Shown: positions 48,320 to 60,160, counted from the first letter of the stretch. The stretch: 64,000 nt of DNA from Macrostomum hystrix (GCA_950097015.1 CATNEN010000003.1:12958001-13022000), one strand, 5' to 3'. Numbers and translations: made by a program. The notes: generated by a model from the sequence alone, not told the origin.

Positions 48320-48514
48320 ATGCTTCTCCGCTACTATCTGAACGAGCAGGGTGAGCGAGTCTACACTCTGAAATCGGTTGACCCTAACGGTCAGCCGACC
48401 CAGTCGGCTCATCCAGCCCGATTCTCGCCGCACGATCCCTATTCTAGGCAGCGCATCACAGTCAAGAAGAGATTCGGCCTGCTGCCCACCCAGCAGCCGC
48501 CGATCGTGTATTGA
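48320..48514 (+). CDS. NOP10: H/ACA snoRNP subunit 3, 64 aa, intronless
   Basis: [18 protein letters not shown]...[32 protein letters not shown]. Confidence 0.97.
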   Translation: MLLRYYLNEQGERVYTLKSVDPNGQPTQSAHPARFSPHDPYSRQRITVKKRFGLLPTQQPPIVY

Positions 48515-48532
48515 TTCTGATATCGGTGATCG

Positions 48533-48830
48533 ATTTCCACAATCAAACTGGCTACGATAATTATTGACCTGTATTGTGTGAATTGGGTAGTCTATTTCCA
48601 CAATCAAACTGGCTACGATGAATATTGACCTGTATTGTGTGAATTGGGTAATCTATTTCCACAATCAAACTGGCTACGATGAATATTGACCTGTATTGTG
48701 TGAATTGGGTAATCTATTTCCACAATCAAACTGGCTACGATGAATATTGACCTGTATTGTGTGAATTGGGTAATCTATTTCCACAATCAAACTGGCTACG
48801 ATTATTATTGACCTGTATTGTGTGAATTGT
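48533..48830. repeat. 61-bp tandem repeat, ~5 copies
   Basis: TTTCCACAATCAAACTGGCTACGAT.. recurs every 61 bp directly after the NOP10 stop. Confidence 0.93.
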
Positions 48831-49217
48831 ATTAATGTCACTGGGCAGTTATTTATTTATTGTCTTATTATGTTATGCTATTAATATTTGTCTGTCAACG
48901 TTTATTTAAAATATGGGTTAACTTTATGTTACATCCTGAATTGTGTGCATTAATTATAACAAAACAACTCTTGGTGCATTTCATAATGTCCAAAGCAAAG
49001 CTGCAGTTACAACAACTATACTATTGGTGTAATTTTTGCTTTGTTGTGCTTTTATTCCAGGAAACTGTTGTTGGCCTTTGTGGAGTCTTGACTTGACTTT
49101 TTCTTTTTTTTGAATGATTCGCTATTTACTCTTTACTACGTACTGGTGTCGGCTAACTGTGGCCCGCGGGCCGAAGACTGCAAAGCTTCGAATTCCAGCC
49201 ACTTGGCCTAGTAGTCA

Positions 49218-49560
49218 TAATTGGAGGTGGTCTGCGGGCAACGGCACATCATTCGGTGACATTAGACCCGCAACCAGCGAGGAGGCAATTCTGCCCATTT
49301 TGCTGACTCCTGAGCACCCACGCTCATTGGTGTGGACATCTGCCCTGACTTTCTCAACTTTAGGCAGTGTAAAATTTCACTGTGCCTTCGAGGTTGGCCC
49401 TCAAGGGTGTAAATTTCACGACAAGCCACCAAGCCTTCTCTCCGCGGCTGCGCCCCAAATGAATGTGACCTCGCCGCGGAATCGAGCTCCTTCGTGCCGT
49501 GCGCGGACCTTCGTGCGAGAGTCAAACACGCGTTAGACCGCTGTCACTGACCCCAGCCAC
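49218..49560 (-). mobile_element. SINE family B, near full length
   Basis: tRNA-like head near 49555, shared body and 3' stem-loop; a short hAT-end fragment lies at ~49143-49180. Confidence 0.82.
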
Positions 49561-49741
49561 TGGGCCATTCTAGTATTAAATCCTCTACGTCTCATCTCTA
49601 ATCAAATTTTATATGATTTCCATGATTCCGCATGATTGTGATTGGTCAAGTTTGGGTTATATTGCAGTTCGCCAAATATGTCATACTCCCTACTATGAGT
49701 AGCTAAACAAGATAAAAAACTATTCCTTTATTTCTTTTCAG

Positions 49742-50113
49742 CCGCCTAAAGGAAAAGCCAAAGGAGCAGCCGGAGGTGGCGGCGGCGACAAAGACAAGGA
49801 CAACAAAGAGAAGAAAGGCGGCACAGCCGTAAAGGTGCGGCACATTCTCTGCGAGAAGCAATCAAAGTGTTTGCAAGCTTTGGAACAATTGAAAGCTGGC
49901 AAGCGATTCAACGAGGTGGCAGCCGAATTCTCCGAGGACAAGGCTAGGTCTGGGGGCGATCTCGGCTGGATGACGCGCGGCTCGATGGTTGGCGACTTTC
50001 AAGACGCCGCATTCGCCTTGCCAACCAGTTCATTGGACAAGCCGGTGTACACTGATCCGCCGGTGAAGACTAAATTTGGCTATCACATTATCATGGTTGA
50101 GGGCAAGAAATAG
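49742..50113 (+). CDS. PIN4: Parvulin-14 peptidyl-prolyl isomerase; genomic ORF lacks the initiator ATG
   Basis: TTTCTTTTCAG|CCG CCT AAA GGA AAA = (M)PPKGK...; [50 protein letters not shown]. Confidence 0.96.
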   Translation, partial: PPKGKAKGAAGGGGGDKDKDNKEKKGGTAVKVRHILCEKQSKCLQALEQLKAGKRFNEVAAEFSEDKARSGGDLGWMTRGSMVGDFQDAAFALPTSSLDKPVYTDPPVKTKFGYHIIMVEGKK

Positions 50114-50269
50114 TTTATAATTATTATAATAATGCGAAGACTTCATAGCTTCATTTTGCTAACGTTAGTTAAACTATAAAAAATAAAGTTAGCAGACATT
50201 CTTCAATGCTACTTAATGTCAGTAGTCATTACTTTCGTATTTTTTCATTTTTAAATTCACCTCTTAGTA

Positions 50270-50425
50270 CGCACTGTCCTTGTCTTCCTCATCGTCAGGC
50301 AGTGTACACTCACTGTGCACTGGGATTTGGCACCTCGAGGGCGTAAATTTCACGACAAGCCCCCAAAGCCCTCTTTCTGCTGCTGTTCGCCTCAAATAAA
50401 TGTGGCCTCGCGACGGATTCGAACG
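50270..50425 (-). mobile_element. SINE family B fragment
   Basis: CTCATCGTCAGGCAGTGTACACTCACTGTGC..GGGCGTAAATTTCACGACAAGCC. Confidence 0.72.
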
Positions 50426-50535
50426 ACTACTCAACTACTATCTACTAGTGGTCCTTATGTATGTCTTCAATCAAGCATATCTTATTACACACGTACATTT
50501 AGTAAACCGAGTATGCATGCATAAATTTATATATC

Positions 50536-50765
50536 GGGGGTTGTAGCCTAGTGGTAACACCGTCGGACTCACAACTTGAAGGTCGGGGGTTCGATTCCTG
50601 ACTTCACTGGAACAAAGTGTGTCCTTTAGTAAGACACTTCAATCTGCATTGCTTCAGTTCAACCAGCAGTTAAATGGGTACCAGCATATGCTTTTATACT
50701 TGAGGGTGAATGTGGGGTTCCCCCCGAGTCCATGGACTGAACAGCCGTACGCAGACTTCAGTTCT
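50536..50765 (+). mobile_element. tRNA-derived SINE family A (CORE-like)
   Basis: GGGGGTTGTAGCCTAGTGGTAA..GGTTCGATTCC, then GTGTGTCCTTTAGTAAGACACTT..TGCTTCAGTTCAACCAGCAGTTAAATGGGTA. Confidence 0.8.
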
Positions 50766-51526
50766 GGCCCGATTTGGGCAGGTGTAAAATAAAATAATAC
50801 ACACATCGAGCGGCGAGATCTGAAGCCATTGTTCTTACGAACAATGGGCACTTTGGAATGAATAATTAAAGATATTGATTGATGTGTATTTTTCAGGAGC
50901 ATTTTTCTGTGATAAAGAATTATATGATTAAATTGTATTGTGTTAAAATGTACTCTATAGATACTCAAGTGCAAGCTGATTCTAAATTTAGTTCCAGAAA
51001 ATAGGAAAGTGATGAGGATGCTTGTAGCATATATTTGTAACTTAATACTCGTAATATGAATATATTCATGAATGAAAGCTTTCTATCAAATTCGTTGAAG
51101 CAACACTTGTTTTGTAAGTACATTTTGTAATACGTCCCTAAACTCTGTGACATCTCTCATAAATTCTTACGCTCAGAGGATGCAAGTGGCGGCTGGCACA
51201 GATATGTCTATGGTAAAAATTGAAGGTCTCGCTGTGGGCCAAAACCATTTTTGCGTTCAATTTAAGAGAATTTGCGTTTAATTTGAGAGCCATAGACCAA
51301 GAGAAGTATGCTTTGATTTTGTCTGCAGTTCAGAGAGCTTGCTGACCCCGCTGTTCAGGCTGTCCGGTCCGGTCCGCCTGCGGATCTGACTCTCACAGAG
51401 TGCATGGCGAGTTGCCATTCTCCAGCGGTGCGCAACAAATGCCAAACAACTACAAAAGAGACTTTATCGGAGACTACGATCCTAACGTGCGGATTACCGA
51501 TACTTCGACACTTTATTGCTGAGCGT

Positions 51527-51768
51527 TAATAATAATTATTATTCACACAGGTGTGTACATCTGCCCTGAATTTCTCATCGTCAGGCAGTGTACACTCTCA
51601 CTGTGCCTTAGAAGTTGGCCCTCAAGGGCGTAAATTGCACAAAAGGCCCTCAAGCCTTCTCTCCGCGGCTGCGCCCCAAATCAATGTGGCCTCGCCGTGG
51701 AATCGAACTTAGGGACCTTGGTGCGAGCGCAAACGCGATAACCGCTCCGCCACCGACCCCCCTAACTA
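51527..51768 (-). mobile_element. SINE family B with intact tRNA head, flanked by direct repeat CTGAGCGT
   Basis: Head GGGGGTCGGTGGCGGAGCGGTTATCGCG..GTTCGATTCC; direct repeats at 51519-51526 and 51769-51776. Confidence 0.82.
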
Positions 51769-52251
51769 CTGAGCGTAATCCGAACGTATTGCAAGAGTTG
51801 CGATCGACCGCCGACTCGCCTTCGTCCATTGACTTAACACTTGATATTCAAAGGAAAAATGGTACTCGAATCGAGAACACCCTGTCAAAGTTAATCGCTA
51901 AAATGTGCACAAAAGCCGGAATCTGGCAACATGACTAGTCTAGTCTACGAGCTACGTGTGCCACTCTTCTCTATCAAGGTGTTTTATGTCTATGGTTAAA
52001 ATACATCCTGGAAAGGGCTAGCGTAGGGATTTAAATTAATATTTAGTACAGCTATTGATCTGCTTCCAATTACATATTTTTCGTTCTTGGTTTTCATAAT
52101 CTGAATTTGAAAACTGTTTGTCTATGGCCGAAACCAAATGCTTTAGTCCATTTGCCATTTGCTTATTTAGGCTGAGCTTTTGCTGAAAGAAACAACGTCA
52201 GCTTATTTTGCTCGATAAAAATAGACTACTCATTCCTGACCAGCAGACCGA

Positions 52252-52431
52252 ATGTCTGACCGATTGCACAAAGCGCGCTCGTTTCGCGAGATCTACATGA
52301 TGAGTCCCAATGATTTGCTGTACAACGAACCTGGCTTAATTCTAGGCCTGACCATTTCTGTGCTATCAGTACTGTTACTTAGCCGAGTTTGGCTCTACTT
52401 CTGTGGAGATGACGATTATCAGGCTGCTTGA
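52252..52431 (+). CDS. Candidate 59-aa single-pass membrane micropeptide (not in the ORF track)
   Basis: MSDRLHKARSFREIYMMSPNDLLYNEPGLILGLTISVLSVLLLSRVWLYFCGDDDYQAA*; CAGCAG acceptor 5-8 nt upstream; coding-like GC island in AT-rich flanks. Confidence 0.45.
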   Translation: MSDRLHKARSFREIYMMSPNDLLYNEPGLILGLTISVLSVLLLSRVWLYFCGDDDYQAA

Positions 52432-52639
52432 GACAGCTTAAAGTTGTTAAATATGATTTGTTTATGCATCGATTGCATAGTTTATTGCTAAACAAACTGA
52501 TATGCTGCTACTGTTTTCACTTTATCTTTTAAAATATATATTGTATAGCCCATGAAGCACTCTGAATTGTTGAAAATCATTTAAAATCAATTAATAGAGT
52601 TTTCTGTTTTGCCTTAATAACAACAGCAATTATTAAAAA

Positions 52640-53482
52640 CCATCACCTGTCTTTCCACCTGCCTTCCCTGTCACTCTATTTTCACTTGTCACTCCGCTGC
52701 CTCTTCTGTCACCTCCACTGCCTCTCTTGTCACTCCGCTGCCTCTTCTGTCACCTCCACTGCCTCTATTGTCACTCCAATGCCTCTCTTGTCACTCTAAT
52801 GCCTCTCTTGACTCTCTACTGCCTCTCTTGTCACTCCAATGCCTCTCTTGACTCTCCACTGCCTCTCTTGTCACTCCAATGCCTCTCTTGACTCTCCACT
52901 GCCACTCTTGTCACTCCACTGCCTCTCTTGACTCTCCACTGCCACTCTTGTCACTCCACTGCCTCTCTTGTCACTCCACTGTCTCTCTTGTCACTCCACT
53001 GCCTCTCTTATCACTCCAATGCGTCTCTTGGCTCTCTACTGCCTCTCTTGTCACTCCAATGTCTCTCTTGACTCTCCACTGCCTCTCTTATCACTCTTAT
53101 CACTCCAATGCCTCTCTTGTCACTCCACTGCCTCTCTAGTCACTCCAATGCCTCTCTTGTCACTCCACTGTCTCTCTTGTCACTCCACTGCCTCTCTTAT
53201 CACTCCAATGCGTCTCTTGGCTCTCTACTGCCTCTCTTGTCACTCCAATGTCTCTCTTGACTCTCCACTGCCTCTCTTATCACTCTTATCACTCCAATGC
53301 CTCTCTTGTCACTCCACTGCCTCTCTAGTCACTCCAATGCCTCTCTTGTCACTCCAATGCCTCTCTTGACTCTCCACTGCCACTCTTGTCACTCCACTGC
53401 CTCTCTTATCACCCCAATGTCCCTCTTGGCTCTCCACTGCCTCTCTTATCACTCCACTGCCTCTCTTGTTACTCCACTGCCC
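52640..53482. repeat. 20-bp minisatellite (CACTCCACTGCCTCTCTTGT)n
   Basis: Tandem copies. Confidence 0.93.
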
Positions 53483-54044
53483 CTTAATTCTTCACTGGAT
53501 ATTCTGTGACATTTGCATTATTGGTACAATAGTCGTGCAGTGTCACTGCAACTATCTAATCCTGAGATGTGTCAAATTTATAATTATTCCCACTTAAAGA
53601 GCATTAAAATCTCATGCAAGATAACTAATTAGCAGACCTACATTGTTTCTAGCTTCTGTTCTCAGACACGCGAGAAAATTGAGTTCCGCCGCACCAGTCA
53701 GTAACTTGATTCCGCAGCTGCCTTAAACTGAGCAGGTTTTCGCCGACTCGCATTGTCAATCCAGGGTCTCAATCAGAGTGGCTTTCGCTGATCAAAGGAG
53801 GGAATTTTTGTTTTAGTCGCATCGCCGCAATATTGAAAGCTACAAAGCAAGGTGAATATTAGGAAATTAGACTTTTTTTAAGGATGTCTTTTGTCTCACA
53901 ACTATATGGGGCTTTAAATGTTTTTGTTAGCAACAATTCCCTGTCACACATCAGCAATGTAGATTTCAGCACTATCTAAAATCTTTCTATAAATATAAAA
54001 CGCTTTCTTCCACAAGCTTTCAACTTTTTCATCACTATTAGCTC

Positions 54045-54488
54045 GCCACTCCCCTCCCTTCTCTTTCACTCCCCTCCCTTCTCTGTCACTCCCCTCTTTT
54101 CCCTGTCTCTCCCCTCCCTTCCCTGTCACTCCCTCCCTTCCCTATCACTCCCCTCCTATCCCTGTCACTCCCCTCCCTTCCCTGTCACTCTCCTCCCTTC
54201 CCTGTCACTCCCTCCCTTCCCTATCACTCCCCTCCTATCCCTGTCACTCCCTCCCTTCCCTATCACTCCCCTCCTATCCCTGTCACTCCCCTCCCTTCCC
54301 TGTCACTCTCCTCCCTTCTCTGTCACTCCCCTCCCTTCCCTGTCACTCTCCTCCCTTCTCTGTCACTCCCCTCCCTTCCCTGTCACTCCCCTCCCTTCTC
54401 TGTCACTCCCCTCCTATCCCTGTCACTCCCCTCCCTTCCCTGTCACTCCCCTCCCTTCCTTGTCACTCCCCTCCCTTCCCTGTCACTC
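54045..54488. repeat. 20-bp minisatellite (CACTCCCCTCCCTTCCCTGT)n
   Basis: Tandem copies. Confidence 0.93.
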
Positions 54489-54926
54489 ATGATGGGCAAG
54501 ATGACATTGTTTGCCCATCCAGGGCACAATTAAATGGCAAACAATGAGTCATTTGAGACGGGTGAGACGTTTAGATTATAACTAATATGATCTACGAGTG
54601 TTATCCGATGATCTAAAATAGATTTCTATCCATAAGTGCACTTTTTACTGGCATGGAAATAATACAATTGGGATTTCAGTTCCGGCCTTAATTGTCTCAT
54701 CTGCGCAATGACTAGGAATTAAAAAAGCAATTGACGATTGAATACCGCGGCTTCTAGGAACTGCTATTCTAATTTGTGTCTCTTGTTTAAACAAGTGTTT
54801 CGATAAATTTGCCTTGCAGTTGTTTATGACTCTCTAATTCGAGAATATTTTGCTCTAAAGAAATTATAAATAGAAAGAGGAGAATTAGAAATGGGAAGAA
54901 ATAGAAATTCAGAGTTAAGGTGAGTA

Positions 54927-55105
54927 GAAGAGTGGTTAACGCGTTTGCCTCTCGCACCAAGGTCCGTGAGCTCGATTCCGCAGCGAGGCCACATTCATTT
55001 AGGGTGCAGCCGTGCAATTTACGCCCTTAAAGGCCATGCAACCTCCAAGGCACAGTGAGAGTGTACACACCTGTGTGAGTGTGTGCTCAGGAGTCAGTCA
55101 GGAGT
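54927..55105 (+). mobile_element. SINE family B, internally deleted
   Basis: AACGCGTTTGCCTCTCGCACCAAGGTCCGTGAGCTCGATTCCGC..GGCACAGTGAGAGTGTACAC. Confidence 0.78.
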
Positions 55106-55649
55106 CAGGCTCCAATGGGACTTCGTGTCAAAAAAATGTGACAATGTAAAAAAACAACAACGAGACGAAAAACGCGAACAAGACGCGGAAAATGTGAAAT
55201 ATTGACTTAGAAACCTAGCGTGGAACCAAACAGTTTGTCTAGGAATGACACAGCAGCACTTGCTGTACAACCTGACAACTCGCTGACCTTTAGGATGTCT
55301 AAAAACCTAACCTGAGGTAAACAAAAAGTTATGGGATCTGAAATTAATTTTTCTATCCTCTCCTACCTGTGGCCGCCGAAATGGGTCACAGCATTGTCCA
55401 AAAATGGGATTTCTCCTCTCTGCGATATACCTCTTGTAGCCGGATTATGTATCGCTTAGTTGCCAAGACTAAATAGTTCTGCTGTAATTCTCTTGCGTTA
55501 CATTTTCGTTTGAACCGATTTGCCTTGATCTGCTGGTGCCTGCTTGGACTGTACATTTTTGTGAACCATTTATAATAATGCATCCTACTGCTTTGCCCTT
55601 TCACTTTTCATCTGTTTGTCTTCATCTCCTATCCTTCTATCCCTTACTC

Positions 55650-56288
55650 TCTCCTCCTCCCTCTCCCTCTACCTCTCCCTCTCCCTCTCCCTCACCCTCT
55701 CCCTCTCCCTCTCCCTCACCCTCTCCCTCTTCCTCTCCTTCTCCCTCACCCTCTACATCTCCCTCTACCTCTCACTCTCCCTCTCCCTCTCAATCTCCCT
55801 CTCCCTCTACCTCTCCCTCTCCCTCTCCCTCTACCTCTACCTCTCCCTCTCCCTCTCCCTCTCCCTCTACATCTCCCTCTACCTCTCCCTCTCCCTCTCC
55901 CTCTCCCTCTACATCTCCCTCTACCTCTCACTCTCCCTCTCCGTCTCCCTCTCCCTCTCCCTCTCCCTCTCCCTCTCCCTCTCCCGCTCCCTCTCCCCTC
56001 TTTCTCTCCCTCTCCGTCTCCCTCTCCCTCTCCCGCTCCCTCTCCCCTCTTTCTCTCCCTCTCCGTCTCCCTCTCCCTCTTCCTCTCCCTCTCCCTCTCC
56101 CACTCCCTCCCCTCTTTCTCTCACTCTCTCCCTCGCTCTCCCTCTCCCTCATCCTCTCTACCTCTCCCTCACTCTCTCTGTTTCTCTCCCACTGACTCCC
56201 TTTCTCCCTCTATATCTCTCTTTCCTTTTGTCCCTTTCCCTCTCACTCTCAATCTCCCTGTCCCTCTCTTTCTCTCTCTCCCTCACTG
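55650..56288. repeat. (CCTCTC)n polypyrimidine microsatellite
   Basis: Direct observation. Confidence 0.93.
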
Positions 56289-56769
56289 TATTTTCGCAAT
56301 GCTGTTTTTTTAATTCATCTTGGCAACACGCCAAAAAACACTAAGACAGACGAAGCAGCTCAAAGAAAATTTTCTCTTTTAAAGAAGGAGAAAATAAAAA
56401 TTTTCGCAACTCATGTGCGATACAAGAATAGCTAGCAACAAAAAATTGGTGTTGAAAATGTGAAATAAAATTCTCCATGTTTATTTCCTTGTGTCCAGGG
56501 GCTTTTAATCTAGTGTTTTTGCTTCACCGATATCTGAGCTTAAAAATCTCTTTGACAATCTTTTTAAACATCACGCAGGCATTTCTCTGTTTATCACTTC
56601 CGACACTGCCAAGACTGTAGAAAAAAATAGAAAATGAAAAAAAATTATAGAAAAACATTATTCCTGATTGTCTTCACAACTGAAACCTCTTTCGTCTTGG
56701 TAATACGTCACGTACATAAGCTAGAAAGAGATTAATATCATGAATTGCGGAGAGAAAGGAGGGAGAGAG

Positions 56770-57340
56770 AAAGAGGAGGATGTACGAAAGGAGAGGAGGA
56801 TGTGGGAGAGGAGAGGAGGATGTGGGAGAGGAGAGGAGGATGTGGGAGAGGAGAGGAGGATGTGGGCGAGGATAGGAGGATGTGGGAGAGGAGAGGAGGA
56901 TGTGGGAGAGGAGAGGATGATGTGGGAGAGGATAGGAGGATGTATGAAAGGAGAGAAGAATGTGGGAGAGGAGAGAAGAATGTGGGAGAGGAGAGGAGGA
57001 TGTGGGAGAGGAGAGGAGGATGTGGGAGAGGAGAGGAGGATGTGGGGGAAGAGAGGAGGATGTGGGAGAGGAGAGGAGGATGTGGGGGAAGAGAGGAGGA
57101 TGTGGGAGAGGAGAGGAGGATGTGGGGGAAGAGAGGAGGATGTGGGAGAGGAGAGGAGGATGTGGGGGAAGAGAGGAGGATGTGGGAGAGGAGAGGAGGA
57201 TGTGGGGGAAGAGAGGAGGATGTGGGAGAGGAGAGGAGGATGTGGGAGAGGAGAGGAGGATGTGGGAGAGGAGAGGAGGATGTGGGAGAGGAGAGGAGGA
57301 TGTGGGAGAGGAGAGGAGGATGTGGGAGAGGAGAGAAGAA
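56770..57340. repeat. 20-bp purine-rich minisatellite (TGTGGGAGAGGAGAGGAGGA)n
   Basis: Tandem copies. Confidence 0.95.
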
Positions 57341-57849
57341 TAAAGAATTAAATATAATGCGGCTTTTTTGTCACGATCTGCGTCAGGAAAAAAGTCAGGA
57401 AAATATGAAAATATTGCACAGGCAGAGGGAATTTCAAGTTCATCCCGTCCATCGTGACTCATTTTTTGAACCTATGAGAGAAAAAGTGCAGCCGTTTGTC
57501 TGTCTAATATAAATATCAGAGAAAAGCAGAAAACACACTGCGACAGAAATCAGTTTCTTTCACTTTGTGACTGACAGCCTTCGTCCGTTCCTCTCTGTCC
57601 AGCATCTTTTTTTCTGAACCCCAACTGACCTCATAACGAAAGATGCTTATCGCACAGAAAATTAATTATAAGGAAACTTCGATATAAGCTGACAAAAGCT
57701 CCATCTGGGAAACGTACAGTTAGAAAATGATCAATTAGGTTGATATACCAATCGCAGTCTCCGCCTGTGCTGTGACGAGGAGGGAAAAATTTGGCCATTT
57801 TCAAACTGAAAATTCAGCTGTTTTCCTTCGTTTATTTTTGTTTTTTCTT

Positions 57850-58460
57850 CTTTTTTAGTCTGTTTTTTTCCTGTTTTGTCTGCCTTGTTTTTGTCTGTTC
57901 TGTTCTGTTTTGTCTGTTTTGTTCTGTTTTGTTCTGTTTTTTCAGTTTTTGTCTGTTTTGTTCTGTTTTTTCTGTTTTTGTCTGTTTTGTCAGTTTTGTT
58001 CTGTTTTTTCTGTTTTGTTCTGCTTTTGTATGTTTCGTCTGTTTTGTTCTGTTTTTGTCTGTTTTGACTGTTTTGTTCTGTTTTTTCTGTTTTTGTCTGT
58101 TTTGTCTGTTTTGTTCTGTTTTTGTCTGTTTTGTCTGTTTTGTTCTGTTTTTGTCTGTTTTGTCTGTTTTCTTCTGTTTTTGTCTGTTTTCTTCTGTTTT
58201 AGACTGAAGCTCCTTGACTGAATATCTGTAAATCTCTTTGACTGTTTTCTTCTGTTTTTTGTCTGTTTTGTCTGTTTTCTTCTGTTTTGTCTGTTTTCTT
58301 CTGTTTTTGTCTGTTTTCTTCTGTTTTTGACTGTTTTCTTCTGTTTTTGAAGGTTTTCTTCTGTTTTTGTCTGTTTTCTTCGGTTTTTGTCTGTTTTCTT
58401 CTGTTTTATCGGTTTTCTTCTGCTTTTGACTGTTTTCTTCTGTTTTCTTCTGTTTATTTC
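57850..58460. repeat. T-rich low-complexity repeat (TTTTGTCTGT/TTTTCTTCTGT)
   Basis: Direct observation. Confidence 0.9.
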
Positions 58461-58999
58461 GTTCTATTTAGTTTTTAGAAGTGTGCTGTTTTCTTGCGTG
58501 ATTTCTACTATTTGATTTTCTCTTTCGTACGAGATTAAGTGACAAAGCTTCAATTAATATTTTTAAATCATAGATTCTAAGATTTCCTCCTCGAGGATGT
58601 GAGTTGCATCATTTCTTAGCATATGAAGTGAAACTTATATAAGACAGTAAGTATTTCAGATATAGACATGACCTCATTCTGGACTAACTCGAGCAAATAT
58701 CATGACGAAATAGACAAAGTACATAGGAAACCGCAAATCTCATTTCATAATCTGAATTTCTTAACTGTGTGCATGCTTCCTTGTCCGTGAGGTTACTCGT
58801 GTTAAGGACTCGGGTTGTTGGCTCAAATCTCTCACTCAGTGAGTGGCCCGTTTGCATGGTCAGCGGGATGTCTGCACCTGGATGTTTGCTTTAATATGTG
58901 CACTATTAGTTTCATCCGTAGTCTCTTGCCCGGGCTGGTCAGATGGGCGCATAGGGGCGATGTAGGGTATACGAAGAGTGATTGGGACAGAGATTTAGA

Positions 59000-59517
59000 G
59001 AGATGTAGGGATGTAATAAGAGAAAGGGAGATGTAGGGAAATGTTGGGAGATGTAGGGAACTGTTGCGAGATGTAGGGAAATCTCGGGAGATGTAAGGAA
59101 TTGTCGGGAGATGTAGGGAACAAATAGGAGATGTAGGGAAACCTTGGAAGATTTAGGCAATGTTGGAGATGTAGGGAAATTTTGGGAGATGTAGGTAACT
59201 GTTGGGAGATGTAGGGAACTGTTGCGAGATGTAGGGAACTGTTGCGAGATGTAGGGAAATCTCGGGAGATGTAAGGAATTGTCGGGAGATGTAGGGAACA
59301 AATAGGAGATGTAGGGAAACCTTGGAAGATTTAGGCAATGTTGGAGATGTAGGGAAATTTTGGGAGATGTAGGTAACTGTTGGGAGATGTAGGGAACTGT
59401 TGCGAGATGTAGGGAACTGTTGCGAGATGTAGGGAAATCTCGGGAGATGTAAGGAATTGTCGGGAGATGTAGGGAACAAATAGGAGATGTAGGGAAACCT
59501 TGGAAGATGTAGGCAAT
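59000..59517. repeat. ~20-bp GAGATGTAGGGAA subunits organised as a 178-bp higher-order repeat (~3 copies)
   Basis: TTGGAAGAT marker recurs at ~59144, 59322 and 59500. Confidence 0.88.
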
Positions 59518-60160
59518 GTCCCTCCCTCACTATCTCTCTCACCCTCACTATCTCCCCCTCCATCACTATCTCCCCCTCCCTCACTATCTCCCCCTCCCTC
59601 ACTATCTCCCCCTCCCTCACTATCTCCCCCTCCCTCACTATCTCCCCCTCCCTCACTATCTCCCCCTCCCTCACTATCTCCCCCTCCCTCACTATCACCC
59701 CCTCCCTCACTATCTCCCCCTACCTCACTATCTCCCCCTCCCTCACTATCTCCCCCTGCCTCACTATCTCCCCCTCCCTCACTATCTCCCCCTCCCTCAC
59801 TATCTCCCCCTGCCTCACTATCTCCCCCTGCCTCACTATCTCCCCCTGCCTCACTATCTCCCCCTGCCTCACTATCTCCCCCTGCCTCACTATCTCCCCC
59901 TGCCTCACTATCTCCCCCTGCCTCACTATCTCCCCCTGCCTCACTATCTCCCCCTCCCTCACTATCTCCCCCTACCTCACTATCACCCCCTGCCTCACTA
60001 TCTCCCCCTCCCTCACTATCTCCCCCTCCCTCACTATCTCCCCCTCCCTCACTATCACCCCCTCCCTCACTATCTCCCCCTACCTCACTATCACCCCCTG
60101 CCTCACTCTCTCCCCCTGCCTCACTATCTCTTCCTCCCTCACTATCTCCCCCTACCTCAC
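59518..60160. repeat. 18-bp minisatellite (CCTCCCTCACTATCTCCC)n
   Basis: Tandem copies. Confidence 0.95.

Noticed and set aside
49225-49300. HDV-like ribozyme in the SINE B tail (minus strand GCC TCCTCGCT GGT matches the HDV P3/L3 sequence)
   Set aside because: The P1 partner lies downstream rather than upstream, giving a simple hairpin, and the GG needed for P1.1 is absent. An RNArobo/Infernal HDV search would settle it.
50536-50610. tRNA genes at the SINE heads (also 2714 and 51690-51762)
   Set aside because: A/B boxes are present, but acceptor stems do not close and each continues into a shared repeat body.
51439-51490. Ras-like effector motif KRDFIGDYDPN
   Set aside because: No P-loop upstream, no DTAG motif downstream, and the frame closes quickly; treated as chance.
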